Shown: positions 39,632 to 53,282 of the stretch, in pieces | Numbering within the stretch: position 1 is the first letter of the stretch | How the letters are laid out: each line of letters begins with the position of its first letter | Origin: Eledone cirrhosa | Taxonomy: Eukaryota | Assembly (NCBI GenBank): GCA_964016885.1 | Contig: OZ024757.1 | Coordinates: forward strand, 6,386,001 to 6,450,000 | DNA: 64,000 nt | Direction: 5' to 3' | Notes under the pieces: model-generated | What the model was told of the DNA's origin: nothing | The model's input: the letters and a program-made list of their open reading frames with translations, nothing else | Databases searched by the model: none | Translations under genes and position numbers: made by a program

Positions 39632-41377
39632 TTAGTGTGTAGTGAAGCCACAACATTTAGAGAATGATTTACCACAGATATCATAGTGATATGGCTTGTC
39701 TCCTGTATGGGTACGTTTGTGGCTAGTTAAGGTACCACTTAGAGAGAATGATTTACCACAGATATCACAGTGATATGGCTTGTCTCCTGTATGTGTACGT
39801 TTATGTGTAGTTAAGTTACTACTTAGAGAGAATGATTTACCACAGATATCACAGTGATATGGCTTGTCTCCTGTATGGGTACGTTTGTGGCTAGTTAAGG
39901 TACCACTTAGAGAGAATGATTTACCACAGATATCACAGTGATATGGCTTGTCTCCTGTATGGGTACGTTTATGTGTAGTTAAGTGACTACTATCAGAGTA
40001 TGATTTACCACAGATATCACAGTGATATGGCTTGTCTCCTGTATGTATAAGTTTGTGTCTAGTTAAGTGACTACTATTAGAGTATGATTTACCACAGATA
40101 TCACAGTGATATGGCTTGTCTCCCGTATGTGTGCGTTTGTGTCTAGTTAAGGTACTACTATCAGAGTATGATTTACCACAGATGTCACAGTGATATGGCT
40201 TGTCTCCCGTATGTGTACGTTTGTGTCTAGTTAAGTTACTACTTAGAGAGAATGATTTACCACAAATATCGCAGTGATATGGTTTCTCACCCGTATGGGT
40301 ATGTATGTGAGAAGTTAAGGCACTACTATCAGAGAATGATTTACCACAGACATCACAGCGATATTGCTTCTCTCCTGTATGGGTACGTTTGTGGCTAGAT
40401 AAGGTACCACTTAGAGAGAATGATTTACCACAGATATCACAGTGATATGGCTTCTCTCCTGTATGGGTACGTTTGTGGCTAGTTAAGGTACCACTTAGAG
40501 AGAATGATTTACCACAGATATCACAGTGATATGGCTTGTCTCCTGTATGTGTACGTTTATGTGTAGTTAAGTTACTACTTACAGAGAATGATTTACCACA
40601 GATATCACAGTGATATGGCTTGTCTCCCGTATGTGTACGTTTGTGGCTAGTGAAGGTACTACTTTGAGAGAATGATATACCACAGATATCACAGTGATAT
40701 GGCTTGTCTACTGTATGTGTATGTTTGTGTCTAGTTAAGTGACTACGTTGAGAGAATGATTTACCACAGATATCACAGTGATATGGTTTCTCTCCTGTAT
40801 GTGTGCATTTGTGCCTAGTTAAGGTACTACTATCAGAGTATGATTTACCACAGATATCACAGTGATATGGCTTGTCTCCCTTATGTGTGTGTTTGTGTCT
40901 AGTTAAGGTACTACTTACAGAGAAAGATTTACCACAGATATCGCAGTGATATGGCTTGTCTCCTGTATGGGTACGTTTGTGTCTAGTTAAGTGACTACTA
41001 TCAGAGTATGATTTACCACAGATATCACAGTGATATGGCTTGTCTCCTGTATGTATATGTTTGTGTCTAGTTAAGTGACTACTAACAGAGAATGATTTAC
41101 CACAGATATCACAGTGATATGGCTTGTCTCCTGTATGTATACGTTTGTGTCTAGTTAAGTGACTACCATCAGAGTATGATATACCACAGATATCACAGTG
41201 ATATGGCTTGTCTCCCGTATGTGTGCGTTTGTGTCTAGTTAAGTTACTACTTAGAGAGAATGATTTACCACAGATATCACAGTGATATGGCTTGTCTCCC
41301 GTATGTGTACGTTTATGTGTAGTTAGGCTACTACTTTGAGAGAATGATTTACCACAGATATCACAGTGATATGGCAT
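39632..41377 (-). CDS. C2H2 zinc-finger ORF (ZNF3), 20 fingers plus one degenerate; starts at a linker-derived ATG (gene or pseudogene)
   Basis: 581-aa uninterrupted ORF. The ancestral 5' end upstream is disabled. Confidence 0.75.
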   Translation of the reverse strand: MPYHCDICGKSFSQSSSLTTHKRTHTGDKPYHCDICGKSFSLSSNLTRHKRTHTGDKPYHCDICGISYSDGSHLTRHKRIHTGDKPYHCDICGKSFSVSSHLTRHKHIHTGDKPYHCDICGKSYSDSSHLTRHKRTHTGDKPYHCDICGKSFSVSSTLTRHKHTHKGDKPYHCDICGKSYSDSSTLTRHKCTHTGEKPYHCDICGKSFSQRSHLTRHKHTHTVDKPYHCDICGISFSQSSTFTSHKRTHTGDKPYHCDICGKSFSVSSNLTTHKRTHTGDKPYHCDICGKSFSLSGTLTSHKRTHTGEKPYHCDICGKSFSLSGTLSSHKRTHTGEKQYRCDVCGKSFSDSSALTSHIHTHTGEKPYHCDICGKSFSLSSNLTRHKRTHTGDKPYHCDICGKSYSDSSTLTRHKRTHTGDKPYHCDICGKSYSNSSHLTRHKLIHTGDKPYHCDICGKSYSDSSHLTTHKRTHTGDKPYHCDICGKSFSLSGTLTSHKRTHTGDKPYHCDICGKSFSLSSNLTTHKRTHTGDKPYHCDICGKSFSLSGTLTSHKRTHTGDKPYHYDICGKSFSKCCGFTTH

Positions 41378-41713
41378 GCCTCCTGTATGGGTAGGTTTGT
41401 GATCAGTTAAGCGACTGCTGAGAGAGAATGATTTACCACAGATATCACAGTGATATGGCTTATGTCCTGTATGGGTACGTATGTGAGAAGTGAAGTCACT
41501 ACTTCGAGAGAATTATTTACCACGGATATCACAATATGGCTTATCTCCTGTATGTATAACTTTGTGAGTAGTTAAGGTACTAAGTTTATTAAATGATTTA
41601 CCAGATATCACAGTGATATGGCTTCTCTTCTCTAACCTTCGTCATCTCACCAGGAATACTAAACACTTTAGATTGTGTTACACGTTTAATCTTCTTTGTC
41701 AAATATTTTCCAT
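41378..41713 (-). pseudogene. disabled ancestral leader and first fingers of ZNF3
   Basis: ATG GAA AAT ATT TGA at 41713 (1-nt loss vs ZNF1). 2-nt deletion in finger 1. His deletion, Cys>Arg and TAA in finger 2. Confidence 0.85.
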
Positions 41714-42063
41714 AATTATTCCTTCTTCAACAGAATATACAGATGTTTTCCTTGTAATTTTATTATATTATAATTCTTATAAAATATTTCTTCTTCTATA
41801 TTTCCCTCAACTATATTTCAGATAACATCTGAAGATAATACAAACTTCTTTTTCATCCACGTTTAGTTAAAATACAAAATCATCTTATAGTGAAGAAAAT
41901 AAACTCAGTTTTGAGGAAATATTTCACAGTAATACGATGAGAGATTTATATAAACAGTGTTATATAAGTTCTGCTTAGAATGTTTTAGTCTTAAAATGAT
42001 GATAAATAGAGGTGATGTATCCAAGATTGAAAATAATAATTTATCCCAATGTCATCTGATATT

Positions 42064-42089
42064 CTGAAATAAGAAAGAAACAGTATGAG
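42064..42089 (-). promoter_or_regulatory. splice acceptor of the ZNF3 coding exon
   Basis: ctgaaataagaaagaaacagtatgag. Confidence 0.7.
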
Positions 42090-42164
42090 ATAATACAGAA
42101 TACTTTAGAAGCAGAGATAGATTTAACAGTGGGAATTTTATATTTCTATATTGGTAAATTGTAG

Positions 42165-42697
42165 ACTACCTTGAGTAGAAGATTATGGAAGTTAAAGGAC
42201 CCCATAGCCAGTGACAAATTTAAAAGCCTATTACTTGATGCCTTTGACAATAAGGAAGATCAATTAGAGAATGCAATATAGAGGAGGAGTGGCAATCCTC
42301 GAAAGTGAACCTGCTGAAAGCAACAGTCAGTAGGAACCTCTAACAAAATACACCCCCGTCCCACTACCCCCACCCCATCCACACCACCCCCTTAAATGTG
42401 AAGTTATGTTGGAACCACAACATCCAGTCCGAAACAAATGAGGTCGTGTAGGTGTCACGACAAAAAAAAAAACACACACAGTCCACGCTGTAATGTGGCC
42501 GTGTAGGTAACACGGTAAAAACCTCCCAGTCCACACTGTAAATGTGGTTGGTGTTAGGAAGGGCATCCAGCCGTAGAAAACCCACCAGACAGTCCTATGC
42601 GAGCAAGACAAGCATTCTTGCCTCAAGTGGGAAAACTCCCGTCCAAACCCATGCTAGCATGGAAGATGGACGTTAAACGATGATGATGATGATGATG
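42165..42697 (+). mobile_element. internally deleted RTE: ORF piece fused to 3' UTR and (GAT)n
   Basis: RRLWKLKDP.ASDKFK...KVNLLKAT joined to acagtcagtagg 3' UTR. Also at ~60806-61327. Confidence 0.8.
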
Positions 42698-42909
42698 TAT
42701 ATATACACTGTGTACAGTATATATAATACCCTATATATGTTGTATGTTGTCCAAGAGAAAGGCTATGGCCGATACAGCTTGGCACTTGTGACATCACAAC
42801 ATATATATACACTATATATATTATACAGTATATATACACTATATATATGTCGAAGGGAAAGGCAATGCCTGACACAGCTTGGCACCAGTGACATCACAAC
42901 ATATATATA

Positions 42910-42953
<44 letters not shown>

Positions 42954-43378
42954 TGTGTACAGTATATATATATACACCATATATGTTGTCCAAGGGAAAT
43001 GTAATGGCTGATACAGCTTGGCACCAGTGACATCACAACATATATATACACTATATATATATATATATACACTGTGTACAATATATATATACACTATATA
43101 TGTTGTCCAAGGGAAAGGCAATGGCTGACACAGCTTGGCACCAGTGACATCACAACATATATATACACTATATATATATATATACACCATATATGTTGTC
43201 CAAGGGAAAGGCAATGGCTGACACAGCTTGGCACCAGTGACATCACAACATATATATACACTATATATATATATATATACACTGTGTACAATATATATAT
43301 ACACTATATATGTTGTCCAAGGGAAAGGCAATGGCTGACACAGCTTGGCACCAGTGACATCACAACATATATATATAA
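42698..43378 (-). repeat. SINE-derived minisatellite array
   Basis: Six cores with TA-rich spacers. Confidence 0.9.
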
Positions 43379-43794
43379 CTTATATCCCAGACTTCCATAG
43401 ATTATTTCTATTCTACAGCTATCTCTCTTCCCCACTTTCAAAATGTTCTGTTTACGTTATTATTATCATTCACTTGTTTCCACAACGTATATACTTCGAC
43501 CTTGTTTTTGATATAAACCATGTTGGACATTGTGTCTTTCTCTACAAACTCAACCCTAACCCCCGCCATTACCTCCCCTTTCTCCCACTCATTCATTTCG
43601 GTGATTACAAAGCTAGGAGACAATCTTTGAAATTCTTGCATATTTGCCTTGTCTAATATGTCTACTTACATCTGCTTATTTCCCCCCGAATCTCCTGTGA
43701 TGATATATGTCATGATGGCTACCTATCTCACAATTTCCCACTCACCACCATAGGCTATTTGACCAATCAAACCTCAGCAACATGTCCTTATCCA

Positions 43795-44785
43795 TTACCA
43801 GCCCCAACAAACTCTGCCATTACTACAACTGTCCTTCTAGCCCTTACCAGCCCCAACAAACTCTGCCATTACTACTACTGTCCTTCTAGCCCTTACCAGC
43901 CCCAACACACTCTGCAATTGCTACTACTGTCCTCCTAGCCCTTACCAGCCCCAACAAACTGCCATTAATACTACTGTCCTTCTAGCCCTTACCAGCCCTA
44001 ACAAACACTGCCATTACTACTACTGTCCTTCTAGCCCTTACCAGCCCCAACAAACTCTGCCATTACTACTACTGTCCTTCTAGCCCTTACCAGCCCCAAC
44101 AAACTCTGCCATTACTACTACTGTCCTTCTAGCCCTTACCAGCCCCAACAAACTCTGCCATTACTACTACTGTCCTTCTAGCCCTTACCAGCCCCAACAC
44201 ACTCTGCAATTGCTACTACTGTCCTCCTAGCCCTTACCAGCCCCAACAAACTGCCATTAATACTACTGTCCTTCTAGCCCTTACCAGCCCTAACAAACAC
44301 TGCCATTACTACTACTGTCCTTCTAGCCCTTACCAGCCCCAACAAACTCTGCCATTACTACTACTGTCCTTCTAGCCCTTACCAGCCCCAACAAACTCTG
44401 CCATTACTACTACTGTCCTTCTAGCCCTTACCAGCCCCAACAAACTCTGCCATTACTACTACTGTCCTTCTAGCCCTTACCAGCCCCAACACACTCTGCA
44501 ATTGCTACTACTGTCCTCCTAGCCCTTACCAGCCCCAACAAACTGCCATTAATACTACTGTCCTTCTAGCCCTTACCAGCCCTAACAAACACTGCCATTA
44601 CTACTACTGTCCTTCTAGCCCTTACCAGCCCCAACAAACTCTGCCATTACTACTACTGTCCTTCTAGCCCTTACCAGCCCCAACAAACTCTGCCATTACT
44701 ACTACTGTCCTTCTAGCCCTTACCAGCCCCAACAAACTCTGCCATTACTACTACTGTCCTTCTAGCCCTTACCAGCCCCAACACA
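43795..44785. repeat. 49-bp minisatellite (~20 copies) with 292-bp higher-order period
   Basis: Unit gccccaacaaactctgccattactactactgtccttctagcccttacca. Variant tctgcaattg occurs at 43911, 44203 and 44495. Confidence 0.92.
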
Positions 44786-46115
44786 CTCCCCCGCAAAAAT
44801 TCACCCTCTCCCACAAATGATGGCAAATGTCCAAAACTCTGAGTTGGCAGCATCAACATAAGCACAATGAAAGGAAGGGAAGGAGAAATTATAGACATGC
44901 TAGAGTGAAAAGATATTGACGTATGCTGTGGGCCAGGTCATGATGGACCAGGTCATGAAAGTAATGGAAAGAGTCATAGCACAGTTGATCAGGGACTGGG
45001 TAAAACTAGATGAGATGCAGTTTCGGTTGTTGCAGGAAAAAGCACCACTGATGCCCTCTTCCTTGTGAGGCAGTTACAGGTAAAGTACCTAGCTAAAAGC
45101 AAGCCGCTCAACCTGGCTCTGGTCGATATGGAAAAAGCCTTCCACAGAGTGCCCCGTGCTATAATATGGTGGGCTCTTAGAAATCTAGCAGTAGATGAGT
45201 GGCTTGTGAAAGCTGTACAAGCCATGTATAGGGGCCATGTCAGTAAAGTTAGGCTTAACAATTACTATAGCGAGGAATCTAGCATACAGGTCGGTGTCTA
45301 CCAGGGCTCTGTTCTTAGCCCTCTCCTGTTTATTATAGTATTGCAGGCTATAACAGAGGAGTTTAAGACCTGATGCCCATAGGAACTCCTATATGTGGAT
45401 GATCTTACACTTATAGCTGAATCTATGGCAGAACTAAAGAAACAAGCACCACCAAACTCTGGGAGAGCTCTGTAGAAACAATAGACAGCTTTTGCTACCT
45501 AGGTGACCGAATAAGCAGCAGAGATGGGTGTTCTGAAAGTACAGTAACCAGGGTAACAACGGGATTGAAGATGTTCAGGGAGCTACTGCCACTGCTAGCT
45601 GCAAAAGGCTTTTCCCTCAAAATGAAAGGCAGACAGTATGATGCGTGCATACGAACAGCAATGTTACATGGTAGTGAGACCTGGGCGCTGTCTGTAGAAG
45701 ACTTGCGTAGATTAGAAAGAAACGAAACTTGCATGCTCCGATGGATGTGTAATAGTAATATACGCGAACGGCAAAGCATTAACAAATTGAGAGAGAGACT
45801 GAGCATAAGAGGAATCAAATGCTGTGTGCAGCAGAGGAGGTTGTGTTGTAGCCCCTGGGTACAAGCCGAAGCACATAGACAATATTCCCCGACCCCCTCC
45901 CACTGTAAAGTGGCCATGGAGGTGTCACAACAAAAAAGCACCCATCACTCACTGTGAGGTTGGTGTTAGGAAGGGCATCCAGCTGTAGATATCAAGCCAG
46001 AATCAGTTCCCATCTGAGCAAGACAAGGTCACCCCACCTGGCACTGCCCACAACAGGACAACCTGTCTAACCCATACTACCGTGGAAGAAGGGACGTAAA
46101 ACGGTGATGATGATG
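44786..46115 (+). mobile_element. multiply deleted RTE LINE
   Basis: Endonuclease start (VGSINISTMKGR), RT pieces (LVDMEKAF, GVYQGSVLSP, LYVDD), post-RT region, tail and (GAT)n. Confidence 0.85.
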
Positions 46116-46379
46116 ATATACATACTGTATACAGTATCTATACACGATATATATGTCCAAGAGAAAGGCAATGGCCAATACAGCTTGGCACGAGTGACGT
46201 CAAAACATATATATATACTATATATATACACTATGTATATATTATATATACACTGTGTACAGTATATATCCACTATATATATGACCAAGAGAAAGGCTAT
46301 GGACGATACAGCTTGGCACTAGTAACATCACAACATATATATATATACAATATATATTATACAGTATATATATATATAA

Positions 46380-49300
46380 TCATGTTAGCAGAAAAATGGG
46401 TGGATAATATAATAGACGTAAATAGAGTAAACGACAGAATAATTAAAATAAGACATGTTCTAAATAGAACTACTGTGACAGTAATATCTACATACGCGCC
46501 CCAATCCGGACTGCCTGGCGCTATAAAAGACAGATTCTATGAGACACTGATGCTCACTACCTCCCGAATAACCGACAGTGACTATATAATTATTGCTGGC
46601 GACCTAAATGGTCATGTTGGACAACATTGTGATGGCTATGATGGAATCCATGGAGGCTATGGGTTTGGTACTAGAAATGAGGAAGGCTCCAGAATCCTGG
46701 AATTCTGTGACGCAAATAACCTAACAATCTGTAACACTAACTTCAAAAAACGAGACACTCACTTGATCACCTACAGATCAGGGGAACATACCAGCCAGGT
46801 AGATTATATCCTTACCAGAAGACGTGACAGAGTTACTGTTGTAAACACTAAATCCCTCCCCCATGAAGAATGCACCTCCCAATATAGAATGATAATTAGC
46901 GACCTCATAGTCAGGACGAGACGTACTAGACAGCAGAAGAGGACTATCCTCAGGAGAAAAATATGGAAACTAAAGGACCCCACAGCCAGAAATAAATTTC
47001 AAAGCATATTACTTGATGCTTTCAACAGTAAGGAAGAGCATTTAGAGTCGGACAATATAGAGGGACAGTGGGAATTCCTGAAAGCAAACCTGCTGATGGC
47101 GGCAGACAAAGTCTGTGGCCGGAGCAGGCCTATAGGCAGGAGGAGAGTAACATGGTGGTGGAACAGTAAGGTGGAGGAGTCGATTAAGGCCAAAAAGCAG
47201 GCTTGGAAAGTATGGCGGGATGGGGGAAGTAGAGAAGACTATCAAGTGGCCAGGAGGGAAGCTAGGAGACAAGTGTACTTCGCAAGAAGGGAAGCAGAGG
47301 AAAGAAAGTTCAAGCATGTTCTACAACGCGAGGACCAAAAACGTGAGGTGTTCAGGATTGCTAGGCAATGTGTCAAGGAAAACCGTGATATTGTTGGGGA
47401 GAAGTGTGTACTAAATGATGATGGCATACTCGCCATCACTGACGCTGATAAGAAGGTAGCTTGGAAGTTTCATTACGAGAGGCTACTAAATGAGGAGAAT
47501 AAATGGGAGAAGGATAGTCTACCCCAGATCGATCCAATAGAGGGACCAGCAGTGTTAGTTGAAGGTAGTATAATAAGTAAGGTAATCAAAGATATGAAGA
47601 CGGTAAGGCGGCTCGGCCTTCGGAAGTAGTTGCTGAGATGCTGAAGGCCTCTGGAACGGTGGGACACACCATGGTCACCCGGATAGTAAACCAAGTCATA
47701 CAGAATGGGGTTGTTCCGAAGGACTGGCGTAGCAGCATCATCATTAACTGTTACAAGGGTAAAGGAGACGCCCTAGATAGGAGTAACTATAGAGGCATTA
47801 AATTAATCGACCAGGTCATGAAGGTCACGGAAAAAGTAATAGTGCAACTAATCAGAGAGAGAATTGATCTACATGAAATGCAGTTTGCGTTTGTGTCAGG
47901 TAAAAGTACCACAGACGCTCTTTTCATTGTATGACAACTACAGGAGAAGTACCTAGCTAAAAGTAAACCCCTATACTTAGCCTTTGTCGACTTGGAGAAA
48001 GCCTTCAACAGAGTCCCCCGTTCCATTATCTGGTGGGCTCTTAGAAAACTAGATGTTGACGAATGGCTTGTGAGAGCTATACAAGCCATGTATAAAGAAG
48101 GTTAGAATTAACAACAAATATAGTGAAGAGTTTAGCGTAAAAGTTGGTGTCCATCAGGACTCTGTTCTTAGCCCCCTACTATTTATTATTGCCCTTCAGG
48201 CTATAACAGAGGAGTTCAAGACTGGCTGCCCATGGGAACTCCTATACGCAGATGATCTAACGCTCATAGCTGAATCAATGGCCGAGCTAGAGAAGAAATT
48301 CCAAACATGGAAGCACGGCCTAGAATCAAAAGGCCTTAAAATTAACCTGGCTAAGACTAAAGTTCTAGTTTGTAGGAAAGAAAATAAGGCGCCGGTCCCT
48401 TCCAGGAAATGGCCATGCTCAGTGTGTAGGAAAGGTGTAGGTAGAAACTCCATTTTATGTCCCAAATGCAAAGTATGGGTGCATAAACGATGTAGTGGGA
48501 TCACAGGTAAGCTAACAAAGAACACAGATTTTACATGTGGCCGGTGCTCTGGTGCAATAAGTAGCAGCAAGTGCCCACAAAATACTAGCTCTTTCAATTG
48601 CGCAGAGGGTTCTATAGAAATAGTGGACAGCTTCCGTTACCTGGGTGACAAAATCAGCAGTGGGGGAGGGTGCTCTGAAAGTACAGTAGCTAGAGTCAGA
48701 ACTGGATGGAAAAAGTTCAGAGAGCTTATACCACTATTAGCCGCTAAAGGGTTCTCCCTAAAAATGAAAGGCAGGTTGTATGATGCCTGCATACGAACAG
48801 CAATGTTGCATGGCAGTGAGACCTGGGCATTGTGTGCAGAGGATATACGCAGACTAGAGAGGAACGAAGCTTGCATGCTCTGCTGGATGTGTAATAGTAA
48901 TATACGTGAACGGCAAAACATAAACAAACTAAGGAAAAAATTAGAAATAAGAGGGATCAGATGTTGTTTACTCGAGAGAAGGCTACGTTGGTATGGTCAC
49001 GTGATGCACATGAAAGTCGATAGCTGTATAACAAAGTGCAGGGCAATAAAGATAGACGGTAGCCACGGAATAGGCAGACCCAGAAAAACCTGGGACGAGC
49101 TGATAAATTCCGACCTCACACACTTACACCTCTCCAAGACAATGTCACTGGACCGAGACCTTTGGCGGTACTCAGTAATAGAGAAGACCCGCCTTACCTA
49201 AATACAAAGTAAAACCTACTACAGTCAGTAGGCATCTCTAACAAAATACACCCCCGTCCCACCACCCCCACCGCCCCTTTCAATGTAAAGTTATGTTGGT

Positions 49301-49707
49301 GCCACAAAATCCAGGCCGAAACAAATGAGATCGTGTAGGTGTCACGACAAAAAAAAAAAAAAAAACACACAGTCCACGCTGTAAATGTGGCCGTGTAGGC
49401 AACACAGTAAAAACCTCCCAGTCCACACTGTAAATGTGGTTGGTGTTAGGAAGGGCATCCAGCTGTAGAAAACCCGCCAGACAGTCCACGCTGTAATGTG
49501 GCTGTGTAGGCAACACGGTAAAAACCTCCCAGCCTCACACTGTAAATGTGGTTGGTGTTAGGAAGGGCATCCAACTGTAGAAACCAGCCAGACAGTCCTA
49601 TGCGAGCAAGACAACCACTCTTGCCTCAAGTGGGAAAACTCCCGTCCAAACCCATGCAAGCGTTGAACATGGACGTTAAACGATGATGATGATGATGATG
49701 ATGATGA
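46380..49707 (+). mobile_element. 5'-truncated RTE LINE (EN partial + RT), disabled
   Basis: ORFs 46313-47629, 47638-47934 and 48278-49201 match the 22-25 kb copy. Frameshift ~47605, CGA>TGA at 47932, deletion ~48100. Partly duplicated 3' UTR and (GAT)n tail. Flanked by TA satellite on both sides. Confidence 0.95.
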
Positions 49708-49889
49708 TACATTATATATATTATACAGTATATATACACTATATATATATTATACAGTATATATACACTATATATATTATACAGTATATGTACACTATAT
49801 ATATATTATACAGTATATATACACTATATATATATTATACAGTATATATATACACTATATATATTATAGAGAATATATACACTATATAT

Positions 49890-50082
49890 ATGTCCAAGGG
49901 AAAGGCTATGGCCGATACAGCTTGGCACCAGTGACATTACAACTCATTTCTACAGCTGAGTAAACTGGAGCAACGTAAAATAAAGTGTCTTGCCCAAGGA
50001 CACAACACATCACATGGTCCGAGAATCGAACTCACCAACTTTTAATTGTAAGCCCAATGCTCTAACCACTAAGCCATGATAC
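49890..50082 (-). mobile_element. tRNA/CORE-type SINE 5' part (copy B)
   Basis: Homologue of 31331-31522. Confidence 0.8.
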
Positions 50083-50716
50083 CTTCCAGAACCAACCGTG
50101 ATATAGAGAGACCATAAAGACAACCGTTGTTTTCATAGTTTAAGCCTTAAAATACCTCTCATACATGCTTTAAGTACATATAAACTCATTAAAACACACT
50201 TTTGTATTTAAACACCAAAAACAGCCAGTAACGATCGTATAGAAACTACCACCAACTATCATACCACTAGTTACCAATGAGGACTATTGCCAGCCACGGT
50301 AGCCACTTGGTAATACACTGCACATCTCCCGTCAATCTATGAAGGGTTTGTAGTAGATTAGAGCAAAACACAATCAGTAAAACAATAATGGAATGAAAAA
50401 TATAAACATTTGTTCATAATTAAAGCCTTAAGATGTCCCTTCCTTACGATATACACTTTAATAACATTGAAACTTATTTAATAAGTTTAAATTTTAAATA
50501 CTTTTTATTCAGACGTACCGCGATAAGAAACTAGATATGTTCTAACGAATAATCCGCGATGTGGCGAGGATTACCGCGATAGGAAATTAGATACGTTCCA
50601 AAGACATATCCGCGATGTAACGGGACCGCGAAAAGTGAACCGCGATATAGCGGGGGATTACTGTATATATACACACACAACATACATCTATCTATATACA
50701 CTCATAACATATATTT

Positions 50717-51338
50717 CGGCAGTGTCATGGTATTAGCTGTCAGAAGTGAAAGTAGAAAAAGGTGTCGTCATTCGTCAACCTTCTCAATCCTTTATTTCCG
50801 TATCACTATTCCCTTTATTTATGTTTAGGATTTTCTAAGAGATACGTTTACGATGAGATACACTTATTAAAAAATAATATGGGGACCAAATAACCCCGTA
50901 ATTTTCGAGAGAAACGATAATATACAATCTTATTTAACATGTGCATTAAAAACTACACTAGCTGTTACAATTGTAATTAACGTGTAAGAACTTAAATGAA
51001 AGTATAGGTGGCCCTTAAAAGGGCCGGTGTTGAACTTAAATTTGTTTTCTAATTTGATAACCATGACTTGTTTCAACACCGGCCCTTTTAAGGGCCACCT
51101 ATATTTTCATTTAAGTTCTTACACGTTAATTACAATTGTAACAGCTAGTGTAGTTTTTAATACACATGTTAAATAAGATTGTATATTATCGTTTCTCTCG
51201 AAAATTACGGGGTTATTTGGTCCCCATAAATAAAATCATAAACGTAAAAAAACGGAATAGTGATATGGAAATAAAGGATTGAGAAGGTTGACGACTGACG
51301 TCACCTTCTTTCTGACAGCTAATACCACGACAGTGCCC
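50717..51338. mobile_element. palindromic MITE with histone-type stem-loops (copy B)
   Basis: Stem-loops at 51010-51025 (-) and 51081-51096 (+), identical to copy A. Confidence 0.85.
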
Positions 51339-51695
51339 TTTATTTCGATATCTTACATTAAAATGTTGACTGAGGGTGTGGCAACTGTTTCTTGTTTGAG
51401 GTTGTTCCAGTGGTTGAAATATAGACGGAGGTAATTTAAATAACAAAGACAGTCATGATAACAATATATTTTATATCACATGTAACAGTGGAATCTGATG
51501 ATTGAAAAATATCACATCAACATTTCAGTTTGGAAGTGTTTTTTCTATATATAAAAGTGGAGGAAGAAATATATTTTTCTAATGTTGTTATATATATTTT
51601 CACTTGTATATAATTACTGGGTCGTTGTAAGGTTCACATAATTATATTATTTACACACATTAATATAGACATTAAGTAAATCTTTGTCAACTTAC

Positions 51696-51894
51696 CTCCT
51701 TCACATATAATCAATGTGTTGTGTTGTTAGTTTTTACTAAACAACCAAAGAAATAATCTCTTTGTTATCAAATTAGAAGTTTCAATGTTATCAGCTTTAT
51801 TTCACGACATTAACGTTGGTGTATCTTCTTCATCTTTAGTTATAAATTGATATCTTGTCAGAATGAAGTAGTGAGGTTGACTTTATGTCTTTAG
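51696..51894 (-). other. predicted 199-nt non-coding 5'-UTR exon (copy B)
   Basis: Same acceptor and GAG|GTAAGT donor as 33070-33268. Confidence 0.5.
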
Positions 51895-52469
51895 CTACAG
51901 ATTTGATAGGAAATATATATATATTAGGTTGATATGTGGTCTAAAATATATATATTGTCTATAAATGACTGATAGCAGATGTTCTGGTGAAATAGTAGTT
52001 TTACTACTACAGATTGTAATGGAACTCTTAGTAGACACAATTGTAAAGTAAGAATATATATGACAGTGTAAGACTGATGTCGGGGAGAGTAAATTGTGTA
52101 TATATATATATATATAATTGTTACACTAGATATAATTAGATTAATTAAAGTTATAATGAAGATAGCAAGTACCCGGTGTCGTTGAGAACGTTTCAACTGT
52201 CGTACCGGTGTCACACGTTAAAAGTCCCTGATGTAATTTAAAACCTTCAGACACAGTTCCAATCGTATTTAATTGATTGTAAATCAGAAAGTATCACTCA
52301 ATAAAATATCAATTATATATCAATAAGAAAACCTCTACGTAGTCTCTCTAACTGCTAGAAATAGCAGCGAAATTATCCAATACAACTGTTCTCTCTCTCT
52401 ATATATATATTTATATATATACACACACATATATGTACGTATGTATGTAAATGTGTATACAACTCTTAT

Positions 52470-53125
52470 GTGTATGTATAAACAACTATTTTATGGAGAT
52501 TTAGTTAAAGGAAAACGACCTCCACATAAACCAAAAAAGAGGTCTAAGGATTCCTTGAAAGCCTCTTTGAAAGACGCTAACATCTCTGCTGATACATGGG
52601 AAAATGTTGCTGCTGATCGTAATGTGGGATGTGAGGAAAGGCATTACCGTTGCATTTGCAGTGTCTGTGCGAGATTTTGCCTCAGCAAATCTGGACTCGA
52701 AAGTCATCTTCGCAGTCACAAAGTAAGACCAGTGGTTGACTACCAGGCTGCTGTTGGAGATGCTACTCATCATGCCTGCCAAGCATGTAGTAGAGAATGT
52801 AAATCAGCAGGAAGGCTCAAACGACATGCAAAAGTACATCAACTCCAGCCACAGCCGGCTATTCCCAGTAAATGATTTGGTTGGCAACTCTGTGCAAGAC
52901 ATTTTAGATCATTGGCTGGGCTAAAAAGCCACATTCGATCGCAGCGCTGTTGGTTGCTATTATGTGTGTGTGTGTATATATATACATATATATATATACA
53001 TGTATATTATTATTGTTGTTGTCGTTATTATTATTACTATTATTATTATTATTACTATTATTATTATTGTTTTTTTTTCTCGTGCAATGGCCATACTCGA
53101 TAACGAGGGGGCAGCCATCATATAT
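52470..53125 (+). mobile_element. RTE/BovB-like 3' end with C2H2-like fingers (copy B)
   Basis: Homologue of 33855-34470, with a stop before the third finger. Confidence 0.7.
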
Positions 53126-53282
53126 GGGTATGTATGAGTGTGTATGTGTGTTTGCACGTATGTATGATGTGTATATATGTACATAGGGTTTTGGTATATG
53201 TACGTTTGGTGAACATGTGTATTTACCTGTAGGTATTTGTGAGTGCGTTCTATACGCATTTATGCGCGTATATTTATATATG

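Larger units (their letters stand above)
31331..49890. repeat. tandem segmental duplication, copy A (~18.5 kb)
   Basis: Collinear near-identity with 49890-64000: 33827/52441, 39123/56553, 41377/60034, 43.4/61.9 kb, 44.8/63.15 kb. The part beyond ~45.4 kb has no counterpart inside the window. Confidence 0.9.
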
